Source: Nanobdellati archaeon (lineage in GTDB: Archaea > EX4484-52 > GLR71). From it: a DNA stretch of 64,000 nucleotides. This document shows positions 30,770-39,695 of the stretch, piece after piece (position 1 is the stretch's first letter; each line of letters begins with the position of its first letter). The translations under genes were made by a program, and so were the position numbers. Under the pieces are notes generated by a model that did no database searches, was not told the DNA's origin, and worked only from the letters and a program-made list of their open reading frames with translations. Where the stretch lies: contig JAHYJR010000001.1 of the NCBI GenBank assembly GCA_019429005.1, positions 168,663 through 232,662 of the forward strand, read 5' to 3'.

Positions 30770-31942
30770 TTAGAAATTTAAACAGTTAAATTCTGTTTTC
30801 AAATCTTTTATTTTTTGATTTAATACTGTGTCTGTTATGTCTTGACTGTACTTGATTATTTCCGTAATCTTTTTATTGAATTCTTTAATAATCTGGGTTA
30901 TTGGATGTTCTGCATATGTTTCTGTTTTGGTTGTTTTTGGTTCTAAATATGTGGGTTTTTGTGTTTCTTGTTCTTCTTCATCTTCGTTTGTATTTTTGAT
31001 TGTATATAGTTCTTCGTCATCGATTCGGTTAGTACCTATTCTATGTGCATTTTGTGTATTTGATGTTTTTGGGTCCTTATAGTGTATTTTTGGATGTGTG
31101 TCTGTTGTTGTAGTATTTATGTCTGTTATATATTCTGTATTTATATTTGTTTCTGGATTTTTAATCGCATTATATAGGTCTTCAGCATAAGTGTTTGTAA
31201 ATTTATTTTTATATTTTGTAATTGTAGTTTTAAAATCTTTTACAGATCTGATTGTGTCATTAAAACGTTTTCGTCCAAGGTTTATATTACCCTCTCCGAT
31301 TATATCATATAGGCTTTTTACAACCGTTTCATATTTTTCATAAAGTGTATTTGTTATGTTGTGTTTATTGTTTGCTTTTTGCACTATTGTTGCATCACCT
31401 TCTGCAATAAGTTTATTGAATTTTTTATCTATGTATGGGAGTATGTCTGCTTGTTGAGCATGTACTAATTCGTGTGTTTTTACAGAGTCTTTATATTTTG
31501 TATCTGTTATTGAGGGGTCTAAGTATATTGAGATATGATCTGGTTTTATTTCAGTACCATTTAGTTTATATTTAATCTCTGTAAGACCTACTGTATTTGA
31601 TGGCAATCTTGCAATTGTGTAATCTAATTCTGTAACGTCATATTTATGTTCTTTTGGTGTGTGTTTTAATGTTTTTAGGTATCTTTCAGCTAAGTCAAAT
31701 ATATTATAATCTGGTTTGTTTGTTGTTGTATATTGTTTTAATATCTCTGTATTGTATTCGGGTTGTGTGTCTGTAATATATTTAGGTTGTATGTCTGTGA
31801 TGTATTTTGGTTTTGTGTCTATTAAATATGGTGCTTGTTTGTTTGATATACCTAAATCTATTGTGTGTGTATCTGTTTTGTATTGTATTTGGGGAGCTAC
31901 TATATATGCTGATTTCAAATCACTTAAATACATAAATAACAC
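30770..31942 (-). CDS. Hypothetical protein with zincin HExxH motif
   Basis: THELVHAQQ then IAEGDAT; Thr/Lys/Asn-rich, degenerate 8-aa repeats near N-term. Confidence 0.55.
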   Translation of the reverse strand: MLFMYLSDLKSAYIVAPQIQYKTDTHTIDLGISNKQAPYLIDTKPKYITDIQPKYITDTQPEYNTEILKQYTTTNKPDYNIFDLAERYLKTLKHTPKEHKYDVTELDYTIARLPSNTVGLTEIKYKLNGTEIKPDHISIYLDPSITDTKYKDSVKTHELVHAQQADILPYIDKKFNKLIAEGDATIVQKANNKHNITNTLYEKYETVVKSLYDIIGEGNINLGRKRFNDTIRSVKDFKTTITKYKNKFTNTYAEDLYNAIKNPETNINTEYITDINTTTTDTHPKIHYKDPKTSNTQNAHRIGTNRIDDEELYTIKNTNEDEEEQETQKPTYLEPKTTKTETYAEHPITQIIKEFNKKITEIIKYSQDITDTVLNQKIKDLKTEFNCLNF

Positions 31943-32181
31943 CTGATTTTTGTTAAAGTTAAAATTAGTTATATATATTTCATATTTATTTAATTTTATA
32001 AATATTTGTTAAATATTTGTGCTAACTCTCACAAAAATATGCTAGTTTTTAGGGTATTTTTTAACAGATTAGCACGCTTGCTAACGTTTTATATCTAATA
32101 CTGTATTTTTATTATTTTTTTGTCTGTTTTTTTATTTGTGTGAGACCAAACCTTTATTTAAACTGCGTTCTAAGATTATGT

Positions 32182-33192
32182 ATGGTATTTAAGCATCTTG
32201 TCTTTTGGATTTCAGGAATTTTTGGAACTTCAAGGCCTGTGGTATACAAGGATGAGCTTGATGCTATTGTTGAAACTGTTGTGGGTGGGTTTTCAAAGAT
32301 TAATTTACGTATTTCTCAAAGTGATAATGAACTTAGTCTTTTGAGACAATCTGTGCTTCAGACACAACAAATACCAATTAGTGTGAATCTTCCTCAATTA
32401 GATAGCCTTATTATGGGTTATTCTACGATTTCAGAACGTGTTCATGTTGTTGAGTCTAATAAAGATGTTATTAGTAATAAATTATTTATTTTAGAATCGA
32501 CGCTCTCGTCTCGTATTGATTCTATTGTGTCTCAAAAACTAGAATCTATGGGCTCTAGTACCATTTCCGGTTCTTTAACAACACCTCAAATACTTGAATC
32601 TTTGCGTGCTCTAGAATCTTCTGTAAATCATATTAAATCTGAGTTAGTTACACGTTCAACTGTTGAATCTAACAACGTTACAACACCTAACAACAACGTT
32701 ACAACAGCAAATAACAATGTTACAACACCTAACAACAACGTTACAACACCTAATAACAACGTTACAACACCTAATAACAATGTTACAACACCTAATAAGA
32801 ACGTTACAACAGCAAATATGTCGTTTGATGATGATTTGACTGCACAAGACGATGTTTATGGGGGTTCCGTTGACTTTGGTCAGGGTGTACAAAACGTGTC
32901 TGGGCCAAAAGCTTTTGGTTTTAAACCTACTCGTACGGTTGTCACTTCGCGTAATATGAATAAAGTACTTGTTTCATCCTTAATACCTGTTTTTAATGAG
33001 CTTTTAAATGCTGAGAAATTTTTATCTTACTCTGAATTGTCTAAACGTCTAAATAAAAAAGAAGCAACGGCAAGAGCTTATGTTAATGCTTTGAAAACTT
33101 ATGGTGTTTCTATTGATGAACAGACTGTTTCTAACGGGCGTAAGCTTGTAAGGCTTGCAAAGGATGTTGTGCGTAAATATCTTATTCCTTAA
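32182..33192 (+). CDS. Coiled-coil + (VTTPNNN)7 repeat + C-terminal winged-helix protein; candidate initiator/origin-binding protein
   Basis: C-term LSYSELSKRLNKKEATARAYVNALKTYGVSIDEQ...RKLVRL is wHTH-like; ATG 32182 preferred to GTG 32140. Confidence 0.7.
   Translation: MVFKHLVFWISGIFGTSRPVVYKDELDAIVETVVGGFSKINLRISQSDNELSLLRQSVLQTQQIPISVNLPQLDSLIMGYSTISERVHVVESNKDVISNKLFILESTLSSRIDSIVSQKLESMGSSTISGSLTTPQILESLRALESSVNHIKSELVTRSTVESNNVTTPNNNVTTANNNVTTPNNNVTTPNNNVTTPNNNVTTPNKNVTTANMSFDDDLTAQDDVYGGSVDFGQGVQNVSGPKAFGFKPTRTVVTSRNMNKVLVSSLIPVFNELLNAEKFLSYSELSKRLNKKEATARAYVNALKTYGVSIDEQTVSNGRKLVRLAKDVVRKYLIP
32671..32817 (+). repeat. Intragenic 21-bp tandem repeat x7 with invariant GTTACAACA core
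   Basis: GTTACAACA at 32677, 32698, 32719, 32740, 32761, 32782, 32803. Confidence 0.97.
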
Positions 33193-35054
33193 GATGTAAT
33201 TCTTTATAGTTCCTGCTGTTATAACAGCAGGTTGTTATTCAATAACATTGTTATAACATTGTTATAACACTATTTAATCAATATCTATAGTCTTATTTAA
33301 TTATCTATACTGTTATAACACAGAATAACATTGTTATAACAGCTATAGAGACTACTGTTTTATATATCTTTCAACGTGTTTTTCATTAGTTAGGGGTTTA
33401 TTAGTCACTGAAGCTTCATTGAACTTTTTTTTGAATTCACTGAAACTTCACTGCACTATAAAACTAAAATATGTTTTTTGTGTGTGGGTGTTTTTATCGT
33501 TTTATAATCTTTTTGTTTTGCGTTTCCCTCTATTTCTATTGTTTTTTTCTGTTTTTTTGATCTGTTAGAATCTTTGGGTTTGTGTATGTGTGTGTGTGTA
33601 TGTGTTTGGATTTTGTTATTTGTGTTATTTTGGGTGGTGTCTATTAGTCTATGTTCTGTTATAATTTTCTACAAAAATAACCACTTTTTGTGAGGGTTAA
33701 ACTTTTGTTTATTTATGTTGTTTGAATTTAGCTTTCTTATGGTCTTTATTGGCTCTTTTAGGTCTCCGTTTGTCTCGATTGTGGCATTTATTTTGTTTAA
33801 CTCTATATTATTTAGTATTTCTTTGTCTTTTGCCCCCCCCCTTTAGTATTCTCATTTGATTTCGTTTATTTTTCATTTAGATTTCAGGATCTTTTGTTTT
33901 CATTTTTTTTTGTCTATTTTTTTCAATTACTATCAATTTTCAGAATATTTGTTTTTATCTCTATTTTTGGCTTTTTTTTGTTATAACTCTCACATTTATA
34001 TCTTATTTTATCCTAATTTGGGTTTATTTCCTGTTTTTATCTAATTTAAGCCTTTATCTGTAATCTAAATCTATCTCTATTGTTGTATTTTCGTTGTGTT
34101 TAAGTCTTTTTAGAAAAAAATAGTTACTTTTGTTCCTTAGTTATCCTTTAGTCTGACACATCTTAACGTTTATCATGTATATCTTAGCGTTTAGTACTTT
34201 GTTTTTGTATTCCTGGTATCTGTCTCTTATTGTTCTGCGTTTCTATTATATCTCTTGAATTCTGCTCTATATAGTACGTATTTTTTAATCGTATTATATT
34301 GCTATATTTACTGTATTTACTCTATATTGCTAGTGGTTTTTATGCTCTTTTTATTGTTTATTTTTGTATCCTTATTTAATCTTGCTAGCACACTCTTTGG
34401 GGGTATATTTGTTTAACACAGATTTTTTATTTTACTATTTTTTTATTTTGCAGACTTTATTCACACATTTCACATTTTATTTAAATAGCTTCTGAATCTC
34501 TTTCAAATTAGACCTTAACTCTCACATTTAGTGGCTCATTTTATTTGTCTTTCTTTTTGAATTTGGGGTTTTTAAGTGTTTATTGTGCTGTTTTAACGCA
34601 CTTTATACTATTTAGATTTTATTGTATTCTGCTGGTTTTTTAAAATGCTTTATATCTTTATAACACACCCGTTTTTAGGTTTTTTCCTTTCAAATGTGTA
34701 TATGCCTACTGTTAAGCTCTATTTCTGTTAAATTAGATCTTGTCCTATTATATTTAGATTGTCTTATAGTTTCATAGTTTTGATATATCTTTTAAATACT
34801 ACATATTATAAAACTCAATTTATACCAATAGACAAGCATATCTTTATATTGCTATATCACTAAATAAATGGTTGTTTTATTGTCTATTGTGCTTAATAAT
34901 ACAGCTTATTTGGAGACAATAGCCCAAAATATGCAATCTTAGGCAAGAACTTAGTTATTTTGGCCTTTTCACGGCACAAAAATTCACAATTTTTTCATAT
35001 TAGGTTTCTTTTAACTCTCTCTTTTTTTATTTTTTAAAATTCAGAACTTAGGCA
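33193..35054. other. ~1.9-kb non-coding, T-rich skewed region; candidate replication origin/terminus or partition locus
   Basis: No credible ORF; several motif families; flanked by convergent wHTH genes. Confidence 0.5.
33212..33341. repeat. Cluster of palindromic TGTTATAACA boxes
   Basis: Perfect copies at 33217, 33249, 33260, 33311, 33332; the first lies within 20-bp palindrome CCTGCTGTTATAACAGCAGG (33212-33231). Confidence 0.92.
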
Positions 35055-35462
35055 CTAGGGTGTATCAGATTCTGTATTATAGTTATATTTCTTTGCGCTA
35101 AACGCTTTTACTGCAAGCACTATGCTTTCAAAGAAACGTTCACATCTGTTTGATAGTTTATAATAATCACGTTCTTTTGTTTCTATTAGACCTATGCCAA
35201 TAAGTTTGTTTATCATGCTGTAATATGTTGTTTTGGATATATTGTGTTCCTTACAATATATATCCCAATTGGACCTATCAAAAACACCATTATTACCTTT
35301 TTGTCTTAGTTCTTTTAGGAATGTATAGGCATGATCTGGCAGCATTACATTTTTTGAACCTCTATATAACAGGCTCATAAGGCTTTCAAAATCAGGGGTT
35401 TCAAGCGGTTTTACAGATATTGTCGTGTGGTATCTTCTAGGTTTTTTTGTATCCATAATCAA
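35055..35462 (-). CDS. Winged-helix protein, hypothetical
   Basis: YCKEHNISKTTYYSMINKLIGIGLIETKERDYYKLS wHTH pattern. Confidence 0.7.
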   Translation of the reverse strand: MIMDTKKPRRYHTTISVKPLETPDFESLMSLLYRGSKNVMLPDHAYTFLKELRQKGNNGVFDRSNWDIYCKEHNISKTTYYSMINKLIGIGLIETKERDYYKLSNRCERFFESIVLAVKAFSAKKYNYNTESDTP

Positions 35463-35791
35463 TCACATTGATTTTTTGTTTTTTCTTGTTTTTATGTATT
35501 CCTATATTATGTAGAATGGATTGGTTTTATTTTTGTCTAGAAAAAATACACCATTCTGATATGTATCTGAATACACAACACTCGTACAAAACCCCCTTGA
35601 TTACTAGCCTAAACATGGCAAAAATAGCGAAGCTAGTATGTTTAGTTTAGTTATATTAGAATAATGTAGTGTTACTAAGGTATATACAAATAAAAGTATA
35701 ATGATATAGTAAGATATTTTATATCTTATATATTAGACTATCTAAATACATATATATCTATATTACAATGTATATACTGTACAATGTATAA

Positions 35792-35960
35792 GTTAGGCAC
35801 CAATATTGTTTTTGTTAGGCACTAAAAAGTAGGGTTGTTAGGCACTATTTTTGTTTTTTTAGGTTATAAAATTCATTTAGATAATACGTATTTTTGTATG
35901 CTATCTGTAATTTAATGTGTATTGTTTATGTATGTTTGAATAATATGTAGTTAGGCACTA
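35792..35960. repeat. Direct repeats GTTAGGCAC(TA)
   Basis: Copies at 35792, 35814, 35837, 35950; also TTAGGCACTA at 35048 and GTTAGGCACTA at 42834. Confidence 0.85.
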
Positions 35961-36041
35961 GACAGGTTCTTATTTAGCCCTTTTAATCAAAATTTAAGAA
36001 AAAACAGACTTTTTAGGCTAAAAATAAACAAAAAAACGATA

Positions 36042-36326
36042 TCACTTAAGCTTTTTCATCACTTTTTCAAAATCTTTAGCATATTCAGAACCTTTTTCAG
36101 TCAGTTTTATGTATTTTATACGACCTACTTTTTCAAAAGAAACAATACCTTTTTTCATGAAAAGCTCAAGTATCTTTACTGTATGTGAATATGTGCAATC
36201 TGTTATTTTTGCAAGTGTTGATGCATATACACTTTCATTCTTAATACGTAATGCTAATAGTATTTGAACGGGTTTTGCGTGTAAAAAGAGATCACATAAT
36301 TCTTCATTTTCTTTAACCATATTCAA
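36042..36326 (-). CDS. Small winged-helix (MarR/ArsR-like) protein
   Basis: YASTLAKITDCTYSHTVKILELFMKKGIVSFEKVGRIKYIKLTEKG. Confidence 0.85.
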   Translation of the reverse strand: MNMVKENEELCDLFLHAKPVQILLALRIKNESVYASTLAKITDCTYSHTVKILELFMKKGIVSFEKVGRIKYIKLTEKGSEYAKDFEKVMKKLK

Positions 36327-36436
36327 ACCACCATTAGATAATTGTTAGTATTCTTACTATAAATATCTTTTTGATTTGATGTATATATACCTGCTGTTAA
36401 ATATATATTGTTGTACAGTTGTTCGGCAATTGACTT

Positions 36437-36877
36437 TTAATCAATATAATGCGAATCCAATTCCTTTGTTTTAACATTTGGTAGTTGGAATGGTGGTGGA
36501 AGATTAATCTGTGTTGCATTTATAAGTGCTGTTACAGATGCTTTTGCAAGAATGTTATTAAGTATAGGGATTATTATTTTTTTATCGATTTTTTTATCTG
36601 TTGTCCAGGTTTTAATAATATCTTCTGTTCCTTTTTCATATATAACACGTCCTCTTATTTTAATACCTGCAATTTCGCTATCATCTAATATATATGTTGT
36701 TATATGTTCAAAAAAGACAATAGCATTATATTCATTTATTGTGCTTTTAGAATTAGTATCTTTCTTTATAATTGGTTTGACATCAACAATATTAGCATGA
36801 CTATTAATTTTTATGTTGCCTTTGATATCTCTTTTTTTCCCACAATTTATGCTATCTATGAATGTTTTTAGGATCAT
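36437..36877 (-). CDS. Hypothetical protein, possible SecB-like fold
   Basis: Four beta strands, helix ILNNIL, then NLPPPFQLP, as in SecB-like proteins. Confidence 0.5.
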   Translation of the reverse strand: MILKTFIDSINCGKKRDIKGNIKINSHANIVDVKPIIKKDTNSKSTINEYNAIVFFEHITTYILDDSEIAGIKIRGRVIYEKGTEDIIKTWTTDKKIDKKIIIPILNNILAKASVTALINATQINLPPPFQLPNVKTKELDSHYID

Positions 36878-37056
36878 TGTGTATCTACCTTTGATTTTTT
36901 ATTTTTTTCAATCTCTTGAACAACCTTTGCCATATCAAAGCTGCCACGTTTTCCAAGGTATCTAATGACTTTCTGTTTGGATGTTTTGTTTTCCCACGTG
37001 TTCTCTACAAGATACCAATACTCATGACCTTTTATAATTTTTTTTCTAATAAACAT
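36874..37056 (-). CDS. Small basic beta-sheet putative nucleic-acid-binding protein
   Basis: MFIRKKIIKGHEYWYLVEN...KQKVIRYLGK resembles the N-terminal module of some IS transposases; ATGA overlap with next gene. Confidence 0.6.
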   Translation of the reverse strand: MFIRKKIIKGHEYWYLVENTWENKTSKQKVIRYLGKRGSFDMAKVVQEIEKNKKSKVDTQ

Positions 37057-37105
37057 TGGGGGTCTATATCTCCAATATACTTTATATTTTAGATTATTGC
37101 CTATT

Positions 37106-37333
37106 TTAGATAATTGCGTGGTATTTCAGTATGACAAATGCGATATATATTATCAATGTGAACATAAACACAAGTTCAATAATTTCTGAAATATTAAGTT
37201 CATTTAGACTTTTTTGAATCTTATTTTGCGTTTTTTCAACTTTTTTAACACTTTTGATTATTTCTACAGCCTTTGGCTTAGTTGTTTTTACAACGTTATT
37301 TTTTGTAGTTTTTGCAGTTTTTTTAACAGCCAT
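37106..37333 (-). CDS. Small basic tail-anchored membrane protein
   Basis: Lys-rich N-term, single C-terminal TM; GGTG upstream. Confidence 0.55.
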   Translation of the reverse strand: MAVKKTAKTTKNNVVKTTKPKAVEIIKSVKKVEKTQNKIQKSLNELNISEIIELVFMFTLIIYIAFVILKYHAII

Positions 37334-37437
37334 GTAAACACCAATTCTATTTAGATTTTATCTGTATTTAAGTTTATCTCTATTATTGTTTTTTAGAAAA
37401 AAAGGATTATGGAACTATTAAACTAAAAATAGTTCCT

Positions 37438-38106
37438 TTATTTTTTAAGTGATTCTTTTATCATACTAATTAATGTTTTATCTAGTTTTTGAGGTTTACC
37501 AAGTACAGAACCATATATTTTGTCAAGTTCTTTATATTTTTCATCACAAATGTCTATAATTGTGGTAAGTGTTTCAACATAAGTCTTTAACGTTCTCCCA
37601 TTATGTTTGTTATTTATATTTTTTTGAAATTCTGTTGTGTTTGCGAGTATACCCATAAGCATATTTTTTGCAATGAATTTACGTGATTCTAAAAGGTATA
37701 CGGTTTTATCAACGTATTCATCAATATTTTTTATAACAACATCTTTATCTTCATAATGCTCGTTTAGAGTTTCTACAACGTGTGTTTTTATGTTATTTAC
37801 TGAATCATATATTTGATCTAAAGTCCATAATGTTTTATATTTGTTAGATTCTTGTTTTCCTGTCGCATTTAAACAACTATAATCAATTACACTATCACTC
37901 GCATCAAGACCTTCCTTTTGATATGCTTTTGCGACATTATTACTATATGTAGAACTTTCTTGTGGTCTATTATCAAGATATGTTTCAACACTTTTATCAG
38001 TAATTTTTTTGATGGCTCGCTCTTTATGCCCTTCAATGTAACCAACTGACATTAATACTGCTGAAACAACTGTCAATATAGAGATAGTTAATGTAATAAT
38101 TTCCAT
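37438..38106 (-). CDS. Membrane-anchored hypothetical protein
   Basis: N-terminal TM, helical remainder, 222 aa. Confidence 0.55.
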   Translation of the reverse strand: MEIITLTISILTVVSAVLMSVGYIEGHKERAIKKITDKSVETYLDNRPQESSTYSNNVAKAYQKEGLDASDSVIDYSCLNATGKQESNKYKTLWTLDQIYDSVNNIKTHVVETLNEHYEDKDVVIKNIDEYVDKTVYLLESRKFIAKNMLMGILANTTEFQKNINNKHNGRTLKTYVETLTTIIDICDEKYKELDKIYGSVLGKPQKLDKTLISMIKESLKK

Positions 38107-38209
38107 TTAATCCACAGTATAAAATTAGTATTTAGTAGTTTATATATTTTATAGGTGATTTGAACTTGAAATATCATATATTTATCTTTAAATCTTTTAG
38201 AAAAAGGAA

Positions 38210-38282
38210 TAGTCCCGCCAGGATTCGAACCTGGGTCTAGAGATCCAGAGTCTCTTATGCTTGGCCTCTACATTACGGGACT
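38210..38282 (-). tRNA. tRNA-Gln (anticodon CUG), intronless, CCA not encoded
   Basis: AGTCCCG...AGAGA-CT(CTG)GA-TCTCT...GGTTCGAATCC...CGGGACT-A cloverleaf; A1-U72 pair. Confidence 0.95.
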
Positions 38283-38325
38283 TTAGTACGGTAGTTTTAT
38301 TTACTATAAAAAGTATTAAATAAGT

Positions 38326-39159
38326 ATGGTTATGATTCAAAAATCTGATGGCGTTGTTGAAGCTCTTGATATTAAAAAAACAAGACATAGTTGTATTCGC
38401 GCAGGTGCAACAGAACAGATGGCTGATGAGATTATGAAGGTTGTTTTATCAAAAATAAATGATGGTGATAGTACAAAAAAAATAAGGACTATAATATATG
38501 ATGAATTACATAAGCGTGAAGATACTTTAGCGCATAGGTATGATCTTAAATATGCACTTTCTAGGCTTGACCCTACAACAAGTCAATTTGAGAAATACAT
38601 AACTAGACTTTTTTCTTATTTCGGTTATGAGACAAAGCATAGTCCCGTACCCAAACCTATGGGTCATTGCACAGATCACGAAATTGATGTATTTATGAAA
38701 AATTCTGAAGGTATAAAATTCATAGAATGTAAGCATCATTTTCATTATTATCGTGATACCGGTCTTGATGTGCCAATGCGTGTCTGGGCTAGACTTCAAG
38801 ATCTTCAAGATGGTTTTAAAAGCGGTCGTAAAAATTCATTTAATTTTAAAGGCGCATGGGTCATCACAAACACAAAATTATCAGGGTATGCAATAAGGTA
38901 TGCAACTTGTAAGAAAATAGAATATCTGGCCTGGAATCAACCTAAAGGTAATGGTTTGAATGATTACATTGAAAAAGTGAAGGCCTATCCGTTAACCATA
39001 GTACCTTTGAATGATTATGATCGTGTGAAACTTGCTGCTGAAAACATAATAGATATTAAGGATTTTGTTGCAGCCGACCCTGATAAATTATTAAAATCGG
39101 GTATATCAAACGCGAAATCAGAGAAAGTACGTCGTTTTATATATAAATTGACAGAGTGA
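38326..39159 (+). CDS. ATP-cone domain + Mrr-like PD-(D/E)xK nuclease-fold protein
   Basis: IQKSDGVVEALDIKK ATP cone; FEKYI, HEIDV, IECKHH, WVITNTKLS. Confidence 0.82.
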   Translation: MVMIQKSDGVVEALDIKKTRHSCIRAGATEQMADEIMKVVLSKINDGDSTKKIRTIIYDELHKREDTLAHRYDLKYALSRLDPTTSQFEKYITRLFSYFGYETKHSPVPKPMGHCTDHEIDVFMKNSEGIKFIECKHHFHYYRDTGLDVPMRVWARLQDLQDGFKSGRKNSFNFKGAWVITNTKLSGYAIRYATCKKIEYLAWNQPKGNGLNDYIEKVKAYPLTIVPLNDYDRVKLAAENIIDIKDFVAADPDKLLKSGISNAKSEKVRRFIYKLTE

Positions 39160-39164
39160 TGTAA

Positions 39165-39193
39165 AAGGGTCTGGTTTTTAATTTTAGACCCTT
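39165..39193. terminator. Hairpin between convergent genes
   Basis: AAGGGTCT...AGACCCTT inverted repeat. Confidence 0.4.
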
Positions 39194-39211
39194 GCACATA
39201 CTCAATTAAAA

Positions 39212-39535
39212 TTATTTATATTTATGCCGAGTGGAATGATTTTCCATATACTCCATTAGTTGTGATATAACAGTTTTATTTGGCTTTTTTAAAAGTAATT
39301 CTTGTGTTTTTGCTGTTTTTCCAATGTATTTATTAATGTCTTCAATGGTTATGTTTGTATCTGCCATGGCTTCTGATATTTCTGTAAGTTTATCACGAAG
39401 ATCATCTGTTCTAGTTATTTTTGTTAGGTCTAGGGAATTTAATGCTAGATAGGTTTCTGCAAACAGCTCAGGTCTCGTGTATACCGTACCTTTAGAACTT
39501 GTAACATTCTCAGGCAAGTCCTGTACAAAATCCAT
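39212..39535 (-). CDS. Hypothetical protein
   Basis: 107-aa ORF filling the gap; no motif recognised. Confidence 0.5.
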   Translation of the reverse strand: MDFVQDLPENVTSSKGTVYTRPELFAETYLALNSLDLTKITRTDDLRDKLTEISEAMADTNITIEDINKYIGKTAKTQELLLKKPNKTVISQLMEYMENHSTRHKYK

Positions 39536-39695
39536 GATGTTCTTTATAATCTTGTGTTTTTGTGTATCTATATCTAAAACTCTTTAATCAAAAATATCTA
39601 CCGTATATAACCTATTGATAACACCGTTTAAATAAATACTGATGTTTAGCTGCAGAATCCCAAAACTTTAAAAAATCCCCTTGTGAATTATATAT

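Noticed and set aside
33856-34044. 62-aa Phe-rich ORF (also 35468-35650)
   Set aside because: Product of the T-rich skew; TTG start and no protein-like features.
33193-36041. Canonical ORB origin or Xer dif site
   Set aside because: No TCCAnTGGAAA...G-string ORB, no orc1/cdc6, and no 11-6-11 dif palindrome found by eye.
36874-37056. IS element or transposase remnant
   Set aside because: Only the short N-terminal-like module is present, with no DDE domain or terminal repeats; intact and coupled to the next gene.
30770-38282. Provirus or plasmid integrated at tRNA-Gln
   Set aside because: No integrase, no duplicated tRNA 3' end (att) seen, no capsid or ATPase genes.
38197-38388. 63-aa minus-strand ORF
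   Set aside because: Overlaps the tRNA-Gln gene; spurious.
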